From Octopus sinensis (lineage: Eukaryota): 64,000 bases of DNA. The notes beneath the pieces were generated by a model. The model saw only the letters and a program-made list of their open reading frames with translations, was not told the origin of the DNA and did not search any database. How positions within the stretch are numbered: position 1 is the first letter of the stretch; every line of letters starts with the position of its first letter. The DNA is taken from positions 28,148,001 through 28,212,000 of the forward strand of contig NC_042999.1 in the NCBI RefSeq assembly GCF_006345805.1. The letters run 5' to 3'. Positions 41,661 through 54,911 of the stretch are shown here, one piece after another. The position numbers and the translations under genes were made by a program.

Positions 41661-42918
41661 TCAGATTGAGTCAACCTGATTTTTTGTATTTAAAACTACA
41701 AGTAACAGTTCAAGCAAATTACATACGAAGAGCGTTCATAGAATCAAAATATATTCCATCGTAAGTTATTGTCTGTTGCCGTCGTTGTGCTAGTAGCTCA
41801 TATTCGACACTTATACTATTTAGTTGGTTTAGAGGCAAAACACTCCCTGTACCTGTTTTCAACCTCACTGTCGTTGTCGAACCTTCATCCATGCAGGCAA
41901 TGGTCTATGACTAAAAGATTTGTAATCTGATGGTGCAATGTTTGGACTGCAGGCAGTGCGAGGTAGCACGTTCAGCCCTCCTAGTTTCTCAAGTTTACGC
42001 CTAGTCTCATTGGCTGTGATAGTTGGAGAACTGTCATGCTTTTTGAGTGCGTGTTTTTGATTGACTGATGCCCGCTAGTGGGCTTTCAGAGCAGCATATA
42101 CTTACAGCAGGTGTTGTACATTACAGTTAGCGTTCACAATATGACCATTTGGGATAAGCTCAAAGTGCCAACACTCTCGAAATTCTACCAAACACACAAC
42201 ATGACCATCTGTTCAACCCTTACCTTATTTCACAACAGGTTATGAATCCTGGGCGGAGAGAATCCAGTGATTTCTTTCATTAAAATTATAAAATAGATTT
42301 ATGTTTGATCCCTACTCTTCATTCGACGCTGAAAAAGCGTATCACGAAGAAATGCCAGCAGTTGTTTGCAAATATTTACACGTCATTGGTCAAATTATGA
42401 AGAACTTTTCGACAGCCTCTGTTCACAAGGTCGAGCTATATAGAGGTGTCGACTGATGATGCTTTGTGGAGGACCAAGTTCCGACATTGTACGAGTGCCT
42501 GTGCTTGTGTGTTGCTCAGCCAGTTCAAGTAAGTTCTCACCTACCGCAACAAAAGATTTCCTTAAGTTTGGTTTATCTTCGACTGATATCACCCTCCTTG
42601 AAACGTCTGAACCAGTTTTGTGCCACACGTTCGTTGACAGTTCCTGGGCCTTGAACATTACTAACTTCTTTTGTCGCTGATTTTTCACTCCATCCTTTTA
42701 TCCATAGGTAGCGTAAAATGGCTGTAATTACAATTTTTCCACCGTTCCTTACCAAAGCTGTATAAACAATTAATGTTTGCATGTTATATACGAAAATAAA
42801 AAATAAACAATTCATCAACAATTGGACAAGTTGTATCAAATTATTGATGATGCGACAAAGAGATACAAGTTGCTAAAAAATCATCGGTGGAAATCCGAAA
42901 TCTTTTAACTTAGCCTGA
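41661..42918 (-). mobile_element. Full-length (~1.26 kb) decayed mariner transposon
   Basis: TA flanks; diverged TIRs (TCAGATTGAGTCAA / TCAGGCTAAGTTAA); peptides GTVNERVAQNWFRRFKEGD and CSPNIAPSDY (YSPDLAPSDY-like). Confidence 0.8.
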
Positions 42919-42961
42919 TATGTCACAAATATATTTTAACTAAGCTAAAGTTCATGCATAT

Positions 42962-43346
42962 GGAAGCACTCCGTCGGTTACGACGACGAGGGTTCCGTTT
43001 GATCCGAATCAACGGAACAGCCTGCTCGTGAAATTAACGTGTAAGTGGCTGAGCACTCCACAGACACGTGTACCCTTAACGTAGTTCTCGGGGATATTCA
43101 GCGTGACACAGAGAGTGACAAGGCCGGTCCTTTGAAATACAGGTACAACAGAAACATGAAGTAAGAGTGAGAGAAAGTTGTGGTGAAAGAGTACAGCAGG
43201 GATCACCACCATCCCCTGCCAGAGCCTCGTGGAGCTTTTAGGTGTTTTCGCTCAATAAACACTCACAACGCCCGGTCTGGGAATCGAAACCGCGATCCTA
43301 TGACCGCGAGTCCGCTGCCCTAACCACTGGGCCATTGCGCATCGAC
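42962..43346 (-). mobile_element. SINE family C
   Basis: Match to 39825-40214; TSD TCATGCATAT at 42952-42961 and 43347-43356. Confidence 0.9.
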
Positions 43347-44004
43347 TCATGCATATATAGGATTTGGTTAAATCTGAAGAGGGATGGCCTCCGTCAGTTT
43401 TAAATGCTGAAGGTACGCTGAAGGCGATGATGTGCCCCTATGACGCCACCAGAAATTGACGGCCTCAAATTCATTAGATAACTGTGTGCAGAGTACACTG
43501 TTACCGAAGGAGAAAAATATACTGCTGTGTCATGGCTGAGGTGCCTTTAATTACAGATCAGCTCCATCAACTAACTTTTTCAAAGGTGGACAGCACCAGG
43601 TTGACAAGCGAAAAATAACGAAATAGATAGTAAGTAGGATTGAGAGAAAGAGATGATGAAGGTACGAGTGTGTAACGATGACTAATCATTCCACTCTTTC
43701 TCTTATCAATTGCACATCACATAGAGAGGTTCTAATGGGTTGATTATCCTGTATTATCCTGCATTAACCCACTGTTGGCAACCGACCCAGAATGCTTTTA
43801 ACCTGATTCTGACAATACTGAGTTATGCGTGTATATGTATGTGGATGTTTCTACATTTGTGTGTGTAGGTTTTGCACGAGTATGTGCGCATGTATGTATA
43901 TGCGCAACTGTATTCATGCGTTTGTGTATATCTATGAGTTCATGATATATGTCTCCGTATGCTTGTGTAAACTTCCATATCTCTGTATGAGTGCATATAT
44001 ATAT

Positions 44005-44041
<37 letters not shown>

Positions 44042-44656
44042 GCATATGTATCTATATGTGTATGTGTATATTGTTAAAAATGTATGAATTATGTTTGTGT
44101 CTGTGTGGTTTTTGTAATGGTTTATGGTTGACAAGATAAGTGGTTTTACAACGTTTCTGAGCTTAAGCATATACACATACACACATGCATACATAGACAC
44201 TCAAATACATGTAGAGGCATGTACGTACAAAGACACTGAAATATCTACACTCACATAGCTACAAATGTATATATAATCATATATGTAAAACAACATTTGT
44301 CAGTTTCGACTAACGGGCAGGTAACGTAGATGCATCCAGAAGAGGGCAAACCGACTCACCAGTATAAAAGGAATCACCTTCAGCCATCAGTCGCAGGACC
44401 AAAGGCGCGCTGTGTCCACTCTATATTTAGTACTGATACTAAAATGTTCTATGCAACTAAAATGGTCTCTGTATCTTTTGTACTCCTACTAAAATCGCCT
44501 CGGCGCATGACACTTCCACTTACACATTCCCGACCTATTTGTCTATTCTCCTCCCGCCACTCTTGTTATGTCATCCTCCTTCTCCAGGCCCTACGATAAT
44601 CATTACGTTTATACCCCCAGATGTTTTGCTTCTAGAAGTGTTTTCCCGCTCCTGAG

Positions 44657-44965
44657 TGGAGGCACATGGCCTAGTGGTTAGAGCAGCGGACTCGCGGTCG
44701 ACGGATCACGGGTTCGAGTTTCAGACCGAGTGATGTGTGTGTTTATGAGCGAAAACACCTAAGCTCTACGCGGCTCCGGCAGAAGGTAATGGCGAACTTC
44801 TGCTGACTCTTTCGCCACAACTTTCTCTTACTCTTTCCTCCTGCATCTTGCAGCTCATCTGAGACGGACCGGCGTCCCGTCCAGGTGGGGAACCTATACA
44901 CCAAGAAACCGGGAAACCGGCCCTTATGAGGCAGGCATGGCTCGAGAAAGAACAAACAACAAACT
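44657..44965 (+). mobile_element. SINE with a family C-like head and body but a different 3' tail
   Basis: Matches family C up to CACAACTTTCTCT.ACTCTT, then diverges; ends (AAC)n. Confidence 0.8.
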
Positions 44966-46578
44966 ACTTCCTCTCCTGTCTTTCCGACATGATTTTTGAC
45001 ACAAAAGGTTCAATCGGAACACCATCTACATCAATCTGGAAAGAGCTGCAAAGGTCATATGCCATGCTGCTTCTTCCAGAGAAGCGAAATCTTGACGCAG
45101 TTCTTAGGTGAAAACAAAAAAACAAACAAACGAAAAAAAAAAAAACGTGATACAATGTGACAAAGCTACACCATTGAAAGTTAGATACAATCCAGGCAGA
45201 AAGTTAGAAATAAGAAATACCTATTTAGTATCTTAATCTATTATCTTTATTTATCGACTCTAATAGGGTAAAAGTAAAAACTAAGCACAAAGAATTTTTC
45301 AGGAGGCAGACTACTAAACATTCTTTCTGACGCTGTAATGATTCTGCGAATCCGACGGCTCTCTAATCTAAGTACACCATAATCTACAAGAGAATAATGA
45401 CATTCAATAATTGCTCATTCAACATTTATTTTACTTTTCACATCTCTTAGCTATCTAATTGGCGTTAAAATCAAATTCATATCTATATTAAACAATCTAT
45501 TTATTGATTCTTTGAATTAATTCACATATCTATTTAGCTAAACTGTAATATTTACTCAAAGAATGCCAGGCAAAATTATACAAATTTTTCATAGACTTGA
45601 ATAGCATTCCGAATGATTGTCAACTTGATGATTATGTTGGTGAACCCGTTGAGTTTACTGACATGTATCATATGCTTCATATGCCTGAAACAAAAAGTAT
45701 AATCCAAAAATAATTCTACCTCAAAATACATCACCTTTTCCTGCCCGAGGGCAAATCTTTCGTGACAAATACGACAAATGCGATTCATTTGTAAAACATG
45801 CGTTAGTCAAACGTAAAATATTTGATAGAAGATGCGGAAGATACTGAAACTATAATCCCAGACGACTGGAGGCCAGAAAGTGACTTACGCTTCCCTACGG
45901 CCCCCAAATTACATTGCTGAATCTATTTAGCAGGTAAAGTATAAGGTATCCTATATCAATTAGAACCACAACAATAGCACACAAACACACACAAATCGCA
46001 AAAATACATTTTCTACAACTATATAACACACACACACACACTACTGTACAACAAAACTATGATATACATGAGGAAATATATAAAAGAAACTTTGTATTGT
46101 ATAAGAGTAGCATGAGAATAGTTTTCAGTAAAAATAATTTAGACTTAAGGAAAGAACAACACATAAAATATGTTTGCAAGAAAAGATGGTTTGATAGCTG
46201 GCAGAAAACAGTTAGGGCAACAGAGAAAGGAACTGGAGATACAATGAGATATAATAGTTAAAGGAAACACTGAGAATGCCTATATAATTTACTGGTGCGG
46301 ATCTAAAATAAATAACAGCTGTATGAACAATGAAACAATGAGAATAATAGATGTCAGAAGGAAGCCTAGAGTATACAGTGATATAGAAACAGTTAAAACA
46401 AACATTGATAATTATATAAAGGGCTGAGAGAGTAAAGAGAAAGGAGAGAGAGAGGGAAAGAAAGACAGAGAAAGAGAGAAAGATAATATCTCGAATCTGT
46501 CTATCTGTTTATCTATCTATCTGTCTGTCTTAGTCTGTCGGTCTGTCTGTCTAGTTGTCTGAATGTCTGTCTGTCTCA

Positions 46579-46639
<61 letters not shown>

Positions 46640-46760
46640 AAATAGTAAAGAGTGAAAAAACTACAGAAGGCTTAAATGTTAAAAAATATATATATTTGCG
46701 TCAATATGTCTGAAGAATATTAGAAAATTTTTTTTTTTTCTCTATAATGACATAATTTAA

Positions 46761-46799
46761 AAGAAAGACCGGTTTCGCGTGTAGCTTTTCAAATTTCTT
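46761..46799 (-). ncRNA. Minimal hammerhead, U3-A8 variant (inverted pLTR copy)
   Basis: Minus strand aagaaa-t-TTGAAAA-gc tacac gc-GAAA-ccgg-TC-tttctt; palindromic ACCGGT stem III. Confidence 0.65.
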
Positions 46800-46953
46800 G
46801 CGACGTTATGTTTATATTGAATAGAGTTTTCGTTATGTTTATGTACAAGAGAGTTCTAAATAAGGGAAGGTAGTGAGTGATTTCTTCCGGTGTAAGGGAG
46901 ATAATCGCTTAAAATTTTTTCCTTTCCCTTGGTGTGAATTTCTCTGTATCAGT

Positions 46954-49938
46954 CCCTCTGTATACCGAGGGACAACCCCTCGAAAATACATTAGATCATT
47001 GGAAGGATACCTGTGAAAAAGAAGAGAGAAATTCTCTCCTGCGCTGGGAGAAAAACATGGACTTCTTCCAAAAATATAGTGCAACTTTCAAAAATGAATT
47101 GGGTACAAATAATCCCTTCCTTAAGAAAATTACAAAAAAAAAAAGAAAAACCAAACAACCCACGAACAACCCCCAACTATCCTCCATACACTAAAAACAG
47201 AAATCACCCACAACCAACCTTTGCAAACCACGCAAGACCTAACAGGGAACTAGCTGACAGAAACTAGCTGACAGACGACGCGTCTATGAAATAAATTACA
47301 CCAAAAACAGAACACACCAACAACATCCTAATACCAGACCCAACCACCATACAGCACAAAACGACACTAGAATAAGAAATACACCACACACAAGTCGCTA
47401 CTACCCCATGAACCAAAATTACTGGTCCCCACTAAACACAAGACAAACGCAAAAAAAACACTATGTCAAGCAACATCCCACAAGCAGTTCGAAACAAAAA
47501 TATTTCTCATACAGAAATTTTACACACACCACAAACAAAAACAACCATAGATTCCCCTACACACAACGATCGGGGGCATCAATACCACCACTCCCCCGAC
47601 CCAATATCACACAACCTCACAGACAACTCATACAAACAAAATTATACCCAACATTTTTCAGCCAGGGACCAGGGACACCAGGACACAGGCTGGAACCCAG
47701 TAATAAGGAAAAACCGAAGATAATCAATCTTTCAACCAAACCTCTTTCTAACATAAAAATTGACATCCTCTCAAAAGGGCTCAAATTTGCACCAACTCCA
47801 CGCAGAGCCAACCTAAATGAACTCAAGGATAATATAACAGAATTTTGCAGAAAATTAAGACTAGCAGAAGCATCAACCATTTTCAATACTGAAGATGAAT
47901 CACTAGTCAAGAACAAAAGTGAACACATCCCACACAGAGGAAGAAATAAAGATCTTGACGAATTCTGTAACCACATTGAGAACTTTCCCTACCATACTAT
48001 ACATAAACAGAAAGTTAACTCAAATTTTAACACTACACAATGGAAAGAACTGATAGAACTTCAAAATGATGAGTATATAACCATTAAGGAAGCAGACAAG
48101 GGAAATGCAGTTGTAATAATGGATACATCATACTACAGAAATCTTGTAATTTCCTTGCTTCACTAATTAAAACCCATGAAAAGGAACTAACAACCAAAGA
48201 GATTGACTTCCTAACAAACTTTAAATGCAAACCTAGCCTTTTCTATGGTCTGCCAAAAATTCATAAAAGTCAAATTATAAATGAAACCATTAAAAAATCA
48301 CCAAAGACATACATACACACACCTAACCCGGGGGAACTAAAACTACGACCCATTGTAGCTGGCCCAACCTGTGAAACACACAGACTAAGTCTACTTATGG
48401 ACATCGTCCTGAAACCCTTCCTTAAACATATCGATAGCCATATCAGAGATGACTTAGATATGTTAAACCACCTTCCAAAAAAAAGCCAAGGAAGAAACAA
48501 TCCTGGTTTCATTTGATGTAGTTAACTTATATACCAGTATACCTCATAATTATGGACTGGAGGCAATACAGTTCTGGTTAGACCAATTTCCGGAAGAAAT
48601 ACCAAAAAGGATCAGTAAAGAATTCATTACTAAATCAATTGAATTCATCCTACACAATAACCACTTCATGTTTGACAATACATTTTACCGTCAAAAATCC
48701 GGAATTGCTATGGGTACAAGGGCAGCACCAGTCATTGCGAACTTAACAATGGGATACATGGAAATAATCATTTACCAGGAATCTTTATCAATCTTTGGAA
48801 ACCCCCTCTCTCAATACATAAAAGAGAATTGGAAACGATTCTTAGACGATTGTTTTATTCTCTGGAATGAAAACACAGATAAACTCCTAAAATTTAAGAA
48901 CCTATTGAACAGCATAAACCCAAATATACAGTTCACAATGGAATACAACCAAAAGGAGCTCCCGTTCTTGGATATACTAATTAAAAAAATTAACCTTAAA
49001 ATAGAAACAGACATTTTTTACAAAGCCACAGACGCCAAACAATAGCTTCTTTTTAATTCATGCCACCCAAGACACACTAAAACAAACATCCCCTTCAACC
49101 TTGCAAGAAGGATATGCACAATAGTGTCAGAACAAAATACCAGGAACTTTAGACTGCAAGAACTCAAAAACACCCTAATTGACAGACATTACCCAGCTCA
49201 ACTCATAGAGGATGGGATCAGACGTGCAACAGAAATCAACATAGAAACTTTAAGAAAAGTTCAACACAACAATACACCTTCCCCGAAAATACTACTTTAC
49301 ACATCTACATACAACCCCAAAAACAAAGAAGCCTTCACCATCATCACCCAGAATTTACCAATACTTCATAAAGACCCCAAATTAAAGGAAATTCTAAACA
49401 TACACAAAATCATTAAAAGCTACAAACAGCCTAAATCACTCAAAAAGATTCTCACAAAGGCAAAATTGTCTTCTGAAATTACGGAGTAAAAAAATGTGGT
49501 AGATCGAACTGTGCAACATGTCCTAACCTGCTAGAAGGATCAGAATTCCTCTTTAAAGAGGGACAGAAATTCAAGATCAAATCTAACTTTACTTGTGCCT
49601 CTGAAAACATAATTTATGTCATAAAATGCTCGGGCTGCCACCAAGACTACGTGGGTTCCACGGGACTATCACTCAGACGTAGATGCACACTGCATCGACA
49701 ACAGTTTGCATTCCCAGAATATAGAATGATACCTTTTAGTGAGCACATTGAGAAATGCGCAAAGCAACTACTACCACAATTTTTAATCTTTCCATTTTAC
49801 CAATGTGCTTTCGGATCATCAACACATATTAGACTAAACAAGGAAACATTCTTCATTGAGAAGTACAAGCCCAGACTCAACCATCCGAATATACTGATAC
49901 AGAGAAATTCACACCAAGGGATGGGAAAACATTTTTAA
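46954..49938 (+). pseudogene. PLE polyprotein (RT, zinc linker, GIY-YIG endonuclease), broken by stops and frameshifts
   Basis: IINLS..LSKGLKFAPTP, EADKGNAVVIMD, FYGLPKIHK, RPIV, SFDVVNLYTSIP, QKSGIAMG, RFLDDCF, LPFLD, SCHP, CGRSNCATC, NIIYVIKCSGCHQDYVGST and PRLN. Confidence 0.92.
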
Positions 49939-50047
49939 GCGATTATCTCCCTTACACCGGAAGAAATCACTCACTACCTTCCCTTATTTAGAACTCTCCT
50001 GTACATAAACATAACGAAAACTCTATTCAATATAAACATAACGTCGC

Positions 50048-50086
50048 AAGAAATTTGAAAAGCTACACGCGAAACCAGTCTTTCTT
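50048..50086 (+). ncRNA. Minimal hammerhead, U3-A8 variant (3' pLTR)
   Basis: aagaaa-t-TTGAAAA(50055-61)-gc tacac gc-GAAA-ccag-TC-tttctt. Confidence 0.6.
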
Positions 50087-50249
50087 TTAAATTATGTCAT
50101 TATAAGAGAAAAAAAAAAAAATTTTCTAATATTCTTCAGACATATTGACGCAAATATATATATTTTTTAACATTTAAGCCTTCTGTAGTTTTTTCACTCT
50201 TTACTATTTTCTATATATTCACCCACGTGCTTTCACAAACCAACTTTCT

Positions 50250-50303
<54 letters not shown>

Positions 50304-50645
50304 AGCGCAGGAGTGGCTGTGTGGTAAGTAGCTTGCTTACGAACCACATGGTTCCGGGTTCAGTCCACTGCGTGGCACTTTGGGCAAGTGTCTTCTACTA
50401 TAGCCTCGGGCCGACCAAAGCCTTGTGAGTGGATTTGGTAGACGGCGTATATATGCATATATATATATATATATATTTGTGTGTGTGTGTGTGTTTGTCC
50501 CGCAACATCGCTTGACAACCGATGGTGGTGTGTTTACCAGCGGTTCGGCAAAAGAGACCGATAGGCTTACAAAGAATAAGTCCTGGGGTCGATTTGCTCG
50601 ACTAAAGGCAGTGCTCCAGCATGGTCGCAGTCAAATGACTGAAAC
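50304..50645 (+). mobile_element. SINE family B with internal deletions
   Basis: Match to 14985-15460. Confidence 0.88.
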
Positions 50646-50845
50646 CAACCGATATTTCATATATCCAGAACAATGCAACACAGGCTCACCACACAATATT
50701 AAACGTTTAAATATGACTTTATGAAATAAAAGCTAAGTATTGTTAAAAAAAATTTAGAACAAAATATGTTTAAAAGAAACAGGGGATAAAGATTTAGAAA
50801 CAACACTTACAACAGAGATAAGAATATAGAAGGCAGAATTAGATA

Positions 50846-51243
50846 TCTTTATATATAAAAGTCAAGTTGTGTGTCTGTCTCCTACGATTTAGATTCCTAA
50901 CTACTCCCACATTTTGCGGTGCAGCTTAACCAAAACCGGGTATCTTATAGTCGTGATTCATATCGAGCCCTTCTGGGCATTAGCGCGCGTCTACAATGAG
51001 TCTACGATTAAAAAAAAATTTACCATAATTTTTTTCCATTTTAATGCATTTTTTCGCTATTATATAAGGGAGATAACTCTCTAAAAATGTCTACGATGAG
51101 TCAACGATTAAAAAAAAAATTACCATTATTTTTTTCCCATTTTTAATGCATTTGTTTTTGCTATTTTTTGGCTATAACTCTCTAAAAATGCTTATATAGT
51201 TATTTCCCTTACAAACCCGAGCAACGCTGGGCGATACTGCTAG
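50846..51243 (+). mobile_element. Non-autonomous Helitron
   Basis: TC...CTAG termini, subterminal hairpin, A/T insertion site, internal tandem duplication; inverse of 23638-24032. Confidence 0.85.
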
Positions 51244-51735
51244 TTAGAACTAAAAGTAACATTGTTAACTGCAACATAAAAGACTGACGTGGAGGTAACA
51301 AGATAAACGCATAAAAATTATTTATACTTATGGTACCTCACTCTTCTTAAATAGAATGTAACTCGACTAGTATTACTCGTTACTTTGGAAAATAACTTTG
51401 CAAGGATACATTTACGCCATGGGCAATATCAATAAGTAAGGCATACATACAAGAATTATAATTTAATTTTTATCAAAATGTTCTGATGTTTATGTAAAGT
51501 GATTTGATCTAGACTAATTTTCGAAAAAAAAATTATTACGTTAAACTAGAATTAAACGAAACAAAAAAGAAAAAAAGCTTTCTCATTTGCATAACTTTTT
51601 CTATAACTACTGTGTCATTTACTCCTGCTTCTCCTCTTGCCACCAAACCTGGCATATGCACTCATCCTGCACCTTTCTATGTGTCTCTTTCTTTACTCTA
51701 TCTCCCCGCCTCTCTCTATGCAATATAAATGGCTG

Positions 51736-52156
51736 GGATCTTTTCGGTTAGAACGGCAGTTTTTAACATAATTTCTAGGTAACTAAAAATTTTAAACTTC
51801 GTATACTGGTAGAATGTGTTTATAAAACATATTTTTCTCTTGGCTTTATTGAGAAAATTCTATAGTTTATAAGATATTTGTTGTTGTTTTTCTTCAATTT
51901 CTGCAATTTCAACCAACCAATGACTGTCTATTGAGGTGAAAACATTCTGTGCCGTATGAATATGTCCCTCGTTTAAGAAACAGATTGGGTTTATTTACAT
52001 TTGTGAAGAAAAAAATATACCCTTTCCCCCACCCCTAACCCTAAACCTAACCCTAAAACAGATTGAAATGCAATAGATCGATACTAGGGTCATAATTATG
52101 GGTGACAATTTCATATGACACCGCTAGAAAAACTGCCGTTCAAACCGAAAAGATCC
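51736..52156 (-). mobile_element. MITE (Merlin-like), second copy
   Basis: GGATCTTTTCGG...CCGAAAAGATCC termini; 8-bp TSD AATGGCTG at 51728-51735 and 52157-52164. Confidence 0.85.
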
Positions 52157-53399
52157 AATGGCTGGGCAAAAATCATCTAATGAACCAATAAGGATATCGG
52201 CTATTATACAGAAATGTAAACTTATAATATCTAACTTCTGTTTGATATAACAAATACTAAAATTATTTATGGTCCCAGAATAAGATTATCCACAGTTCAG
52301 TCCTTACAAGTATGTCATTATAAGTTTTATTTTTCATGACGTGTTCCAGGGATTTTAAATCTGTAAGCTTCATCATCGCAAGCTTATATTTTTCATGACA
52401 TACGTTGCAGTCCTGATTCACTTATGGAAAGCAATTTCCTTGGATAAACTTTATTTTTTTCTTATTTTGTTTTTCATATTTAGAAAACATTCCTGAATTA
52501 GACTTCGTTCAAACTCTTAATTACGTTGAGCCCAGAAGATGACCATAATAGGAAAGAAACTAAATTGCTGGATTTCTGTATTACATTAAAAATGAATTAG
52601 ACATTGAGGATGGGAGTATAAATGTTTATTACACCAATACAATAATAACACGACACGCATCTACAACTATACAACACGCATACACGAACATACACGCATC
52701 ACAATGTTATTGAAACTCAACATTTTTAGAAGTGTCAATCCAAAAATAACTATTATAAAATATTGTAATAATTGAGGTGTTTAAGGGATTTTTGTATACC
52801 TTTTTATCTTGGTTCAAATTACAACCATAAATCAGTGTGATAATATATTTATTAAAACTAGTGTGATATACCCTGGGATCATATTACTCTTCTGAATATT
52901 GTCTCTACGGCAATTCTTGACGTTCATCGTGACACAAAATTGAACCCACTTATGATGTTGCTGAACACAAATAAAGGAAATTGGGTGAGTCAAACATAAC
53001 GACGCTATATATGATAAATATAATAAATTAAAAGAGCAATAGCAGAAAGAATATTTGCTGAAGAAAGTGGAAAGATAAATGATAACAGAGAACTGTTATA
53101 GTAATGATAAAACCGTAGATACAAACAGACAACTAAGCAAAAATAAATATTAATAACAGTTATAGAAAGGGCTGATGTGGAGATAACAGAATAGCTGCAA
53201 GAATAAAGTGGAGCATTGTGATAAAAAAGATAACTGATAAAAGATCGATGCTGGGTTTAACGATAACAGCTCTAATACTGCGATACAGAAAGATGGAAAG
53301 AGACAGACATATTGGAAAAGAAAGAGAAAAGAGTAAGGTCAAAGTCTTTAAACAGGTATTGATATGACAATATTTTATGAGGAATAATATTACAATGTG

Positions 53400-54010
53400 T
53401 AGATTTATATTAAAAACACACTCCTGTTAAATATAACAAGGTGTGAATTCTAAGCTATTAATTCACAGCAATACCCAACTCCTATTAAGTACATCTTATA
53501 ACACCTTACATTAAGTATAATGATAGCCAACACATGTATTAACAGCCGCTGTTAAAAGTAGGGTGCAAGTTTATAACACTTTATTCCTGTTAAATATAAC
53601 GTGGTGTAAAAGTCAGAATATATATGTCTTACTAAGCACAACGAGGCACAAATTATTTACACTTTATAACACCTTATATTAAGAATGAGAATGATACTCG
53701 AGTTGTACATTTCTAAACTCCAACTGCTTTTAAATGCAGGGTATAATTTCATAAAACTTAACTATTGTTGAATATAACAAAGGGTAAATATACAAAACCC
53801 AAGGCCTCTTACATGCAAGACCTTATAACACCTTACTTTAGATATAATAATGATACCCAAGATATACGGTTATAAGCTCCAAATACTGTTAATTACTAGG
53901 AATAAATCTATAACTTTTGACTCCTGTTAAATATAACAACGTGTAAATAAGCAATATCTAAGACCGGTTCCCAAAACTTACTATTGTTGAAGACAACAAC
54001 GTGTAAATAG
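53400..54010. repeat. Degenerate tandem repeat, ~160-177-bp unit, about 3.5 copies
   Basis: CTGTTAAATATAAC-like motif near 53424, 53587, 53765 and 53924; TTATAACACCTTA at ~53496, 53664 and 53823. Confidence 0.75.
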
Positions 54011-54310
54011 CCACTAGTGTTACAAGATAACTAAATAACTCTACAGCAAACCAACAAACGCAAAAACTAAATCCCTCTCAAATAACAACACTTACATCTA
54101 AGAAGGAAAAGCCACATTGGTTAATGAAATCCTGAGTCGACAGAAGGGATTGGGGTGGCTAGGATGGTTTCGATTACAGTTAAGTCCTCTGGGGTAGGTA
54201 TTGATTTCGAGGACTAAACAACACCAACAATCAAGTTGTAGGCCTAAGGCACTACCTCCCCATCTCCCTCGGTCTGTAACCCACCATCGCTATTAATGCC
54301 CATAACCATA

Positions 54311-54911
54311 CCTATTTCTTTTTCTTTACTACCCACAAGGGGTTAAACACAGAGAGGACAAACAAGGACAGACAAATGGATTAAGTCGATTATATCGACA
54401 ACAGTGCGTAGCTGATACTTATTTAACCGACCCCGAAAGGATGAAAGGCAAAGTCGACCTTGGCGGAATTTCAACTCAGAACGTAGTGGCAGACGAAATT
54501 CCTATTTCTTTACTACCCACAAGGGGCTAAACACAGAGAGGACAAACAGGGATAGACAAACGGATTAAGTCGATTATATCGACACCAGTGTGTAACTGGT
54601 ACTTAATCTATCGACCCTGAAAGGATTAAAGGCAAAGTCGACCTCGGCGGAATTTGAACTCAGAACGTAGTGGCAGACGAAATACCTATTTCTTTACTAC
54701 CCACAAGGGGCTAAACACAGTGGACAAACAAGGACAGACAAACGGATTAAGTCGATTATATCGACCCCAGTGCGTAACTGGTACTTAACTTATCGACCAC
54801 GAAAGGATGAAAGGCAAGTCGACCTCGGAGGAATTTGAACTCAGAACGTAACAGCAGACGATATACCGCTAAGCATTTCGCCCGCCGCGCTAACGTTTCT
54901 ACTAGCTCGCT
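54311..54911 (-). mobile_element. SINE family A with three tandem copies of its 3' ~187 bp
   Basis: Units begin CCTATTTCTTT at 54311, 54501 and 54685; single head at ~54865-54911. Confidence 0.9.

Larger units (their letters stand above)
46637..50250 (+). mobile_element. Near-full-length Penelope-like retroelement (Neptune-like) with inverted 5' pLTR
   Basis: ~317-bp inverted repeats at 46637-46953 and 49893-50212, ~38-nt unique 3' tail, inserted in (TA)n/(GA)n; RT and GIY-YIG motifs inside. Confidence 0.93.

Noticed and set aside
44295-44372. Minus-strand CTGGTGA...gtc-GAAA-ctg hammerhead-like string
   Set aside because: The core is mutated, stem II does not pair at its base, and there is no UH or stem I closure.
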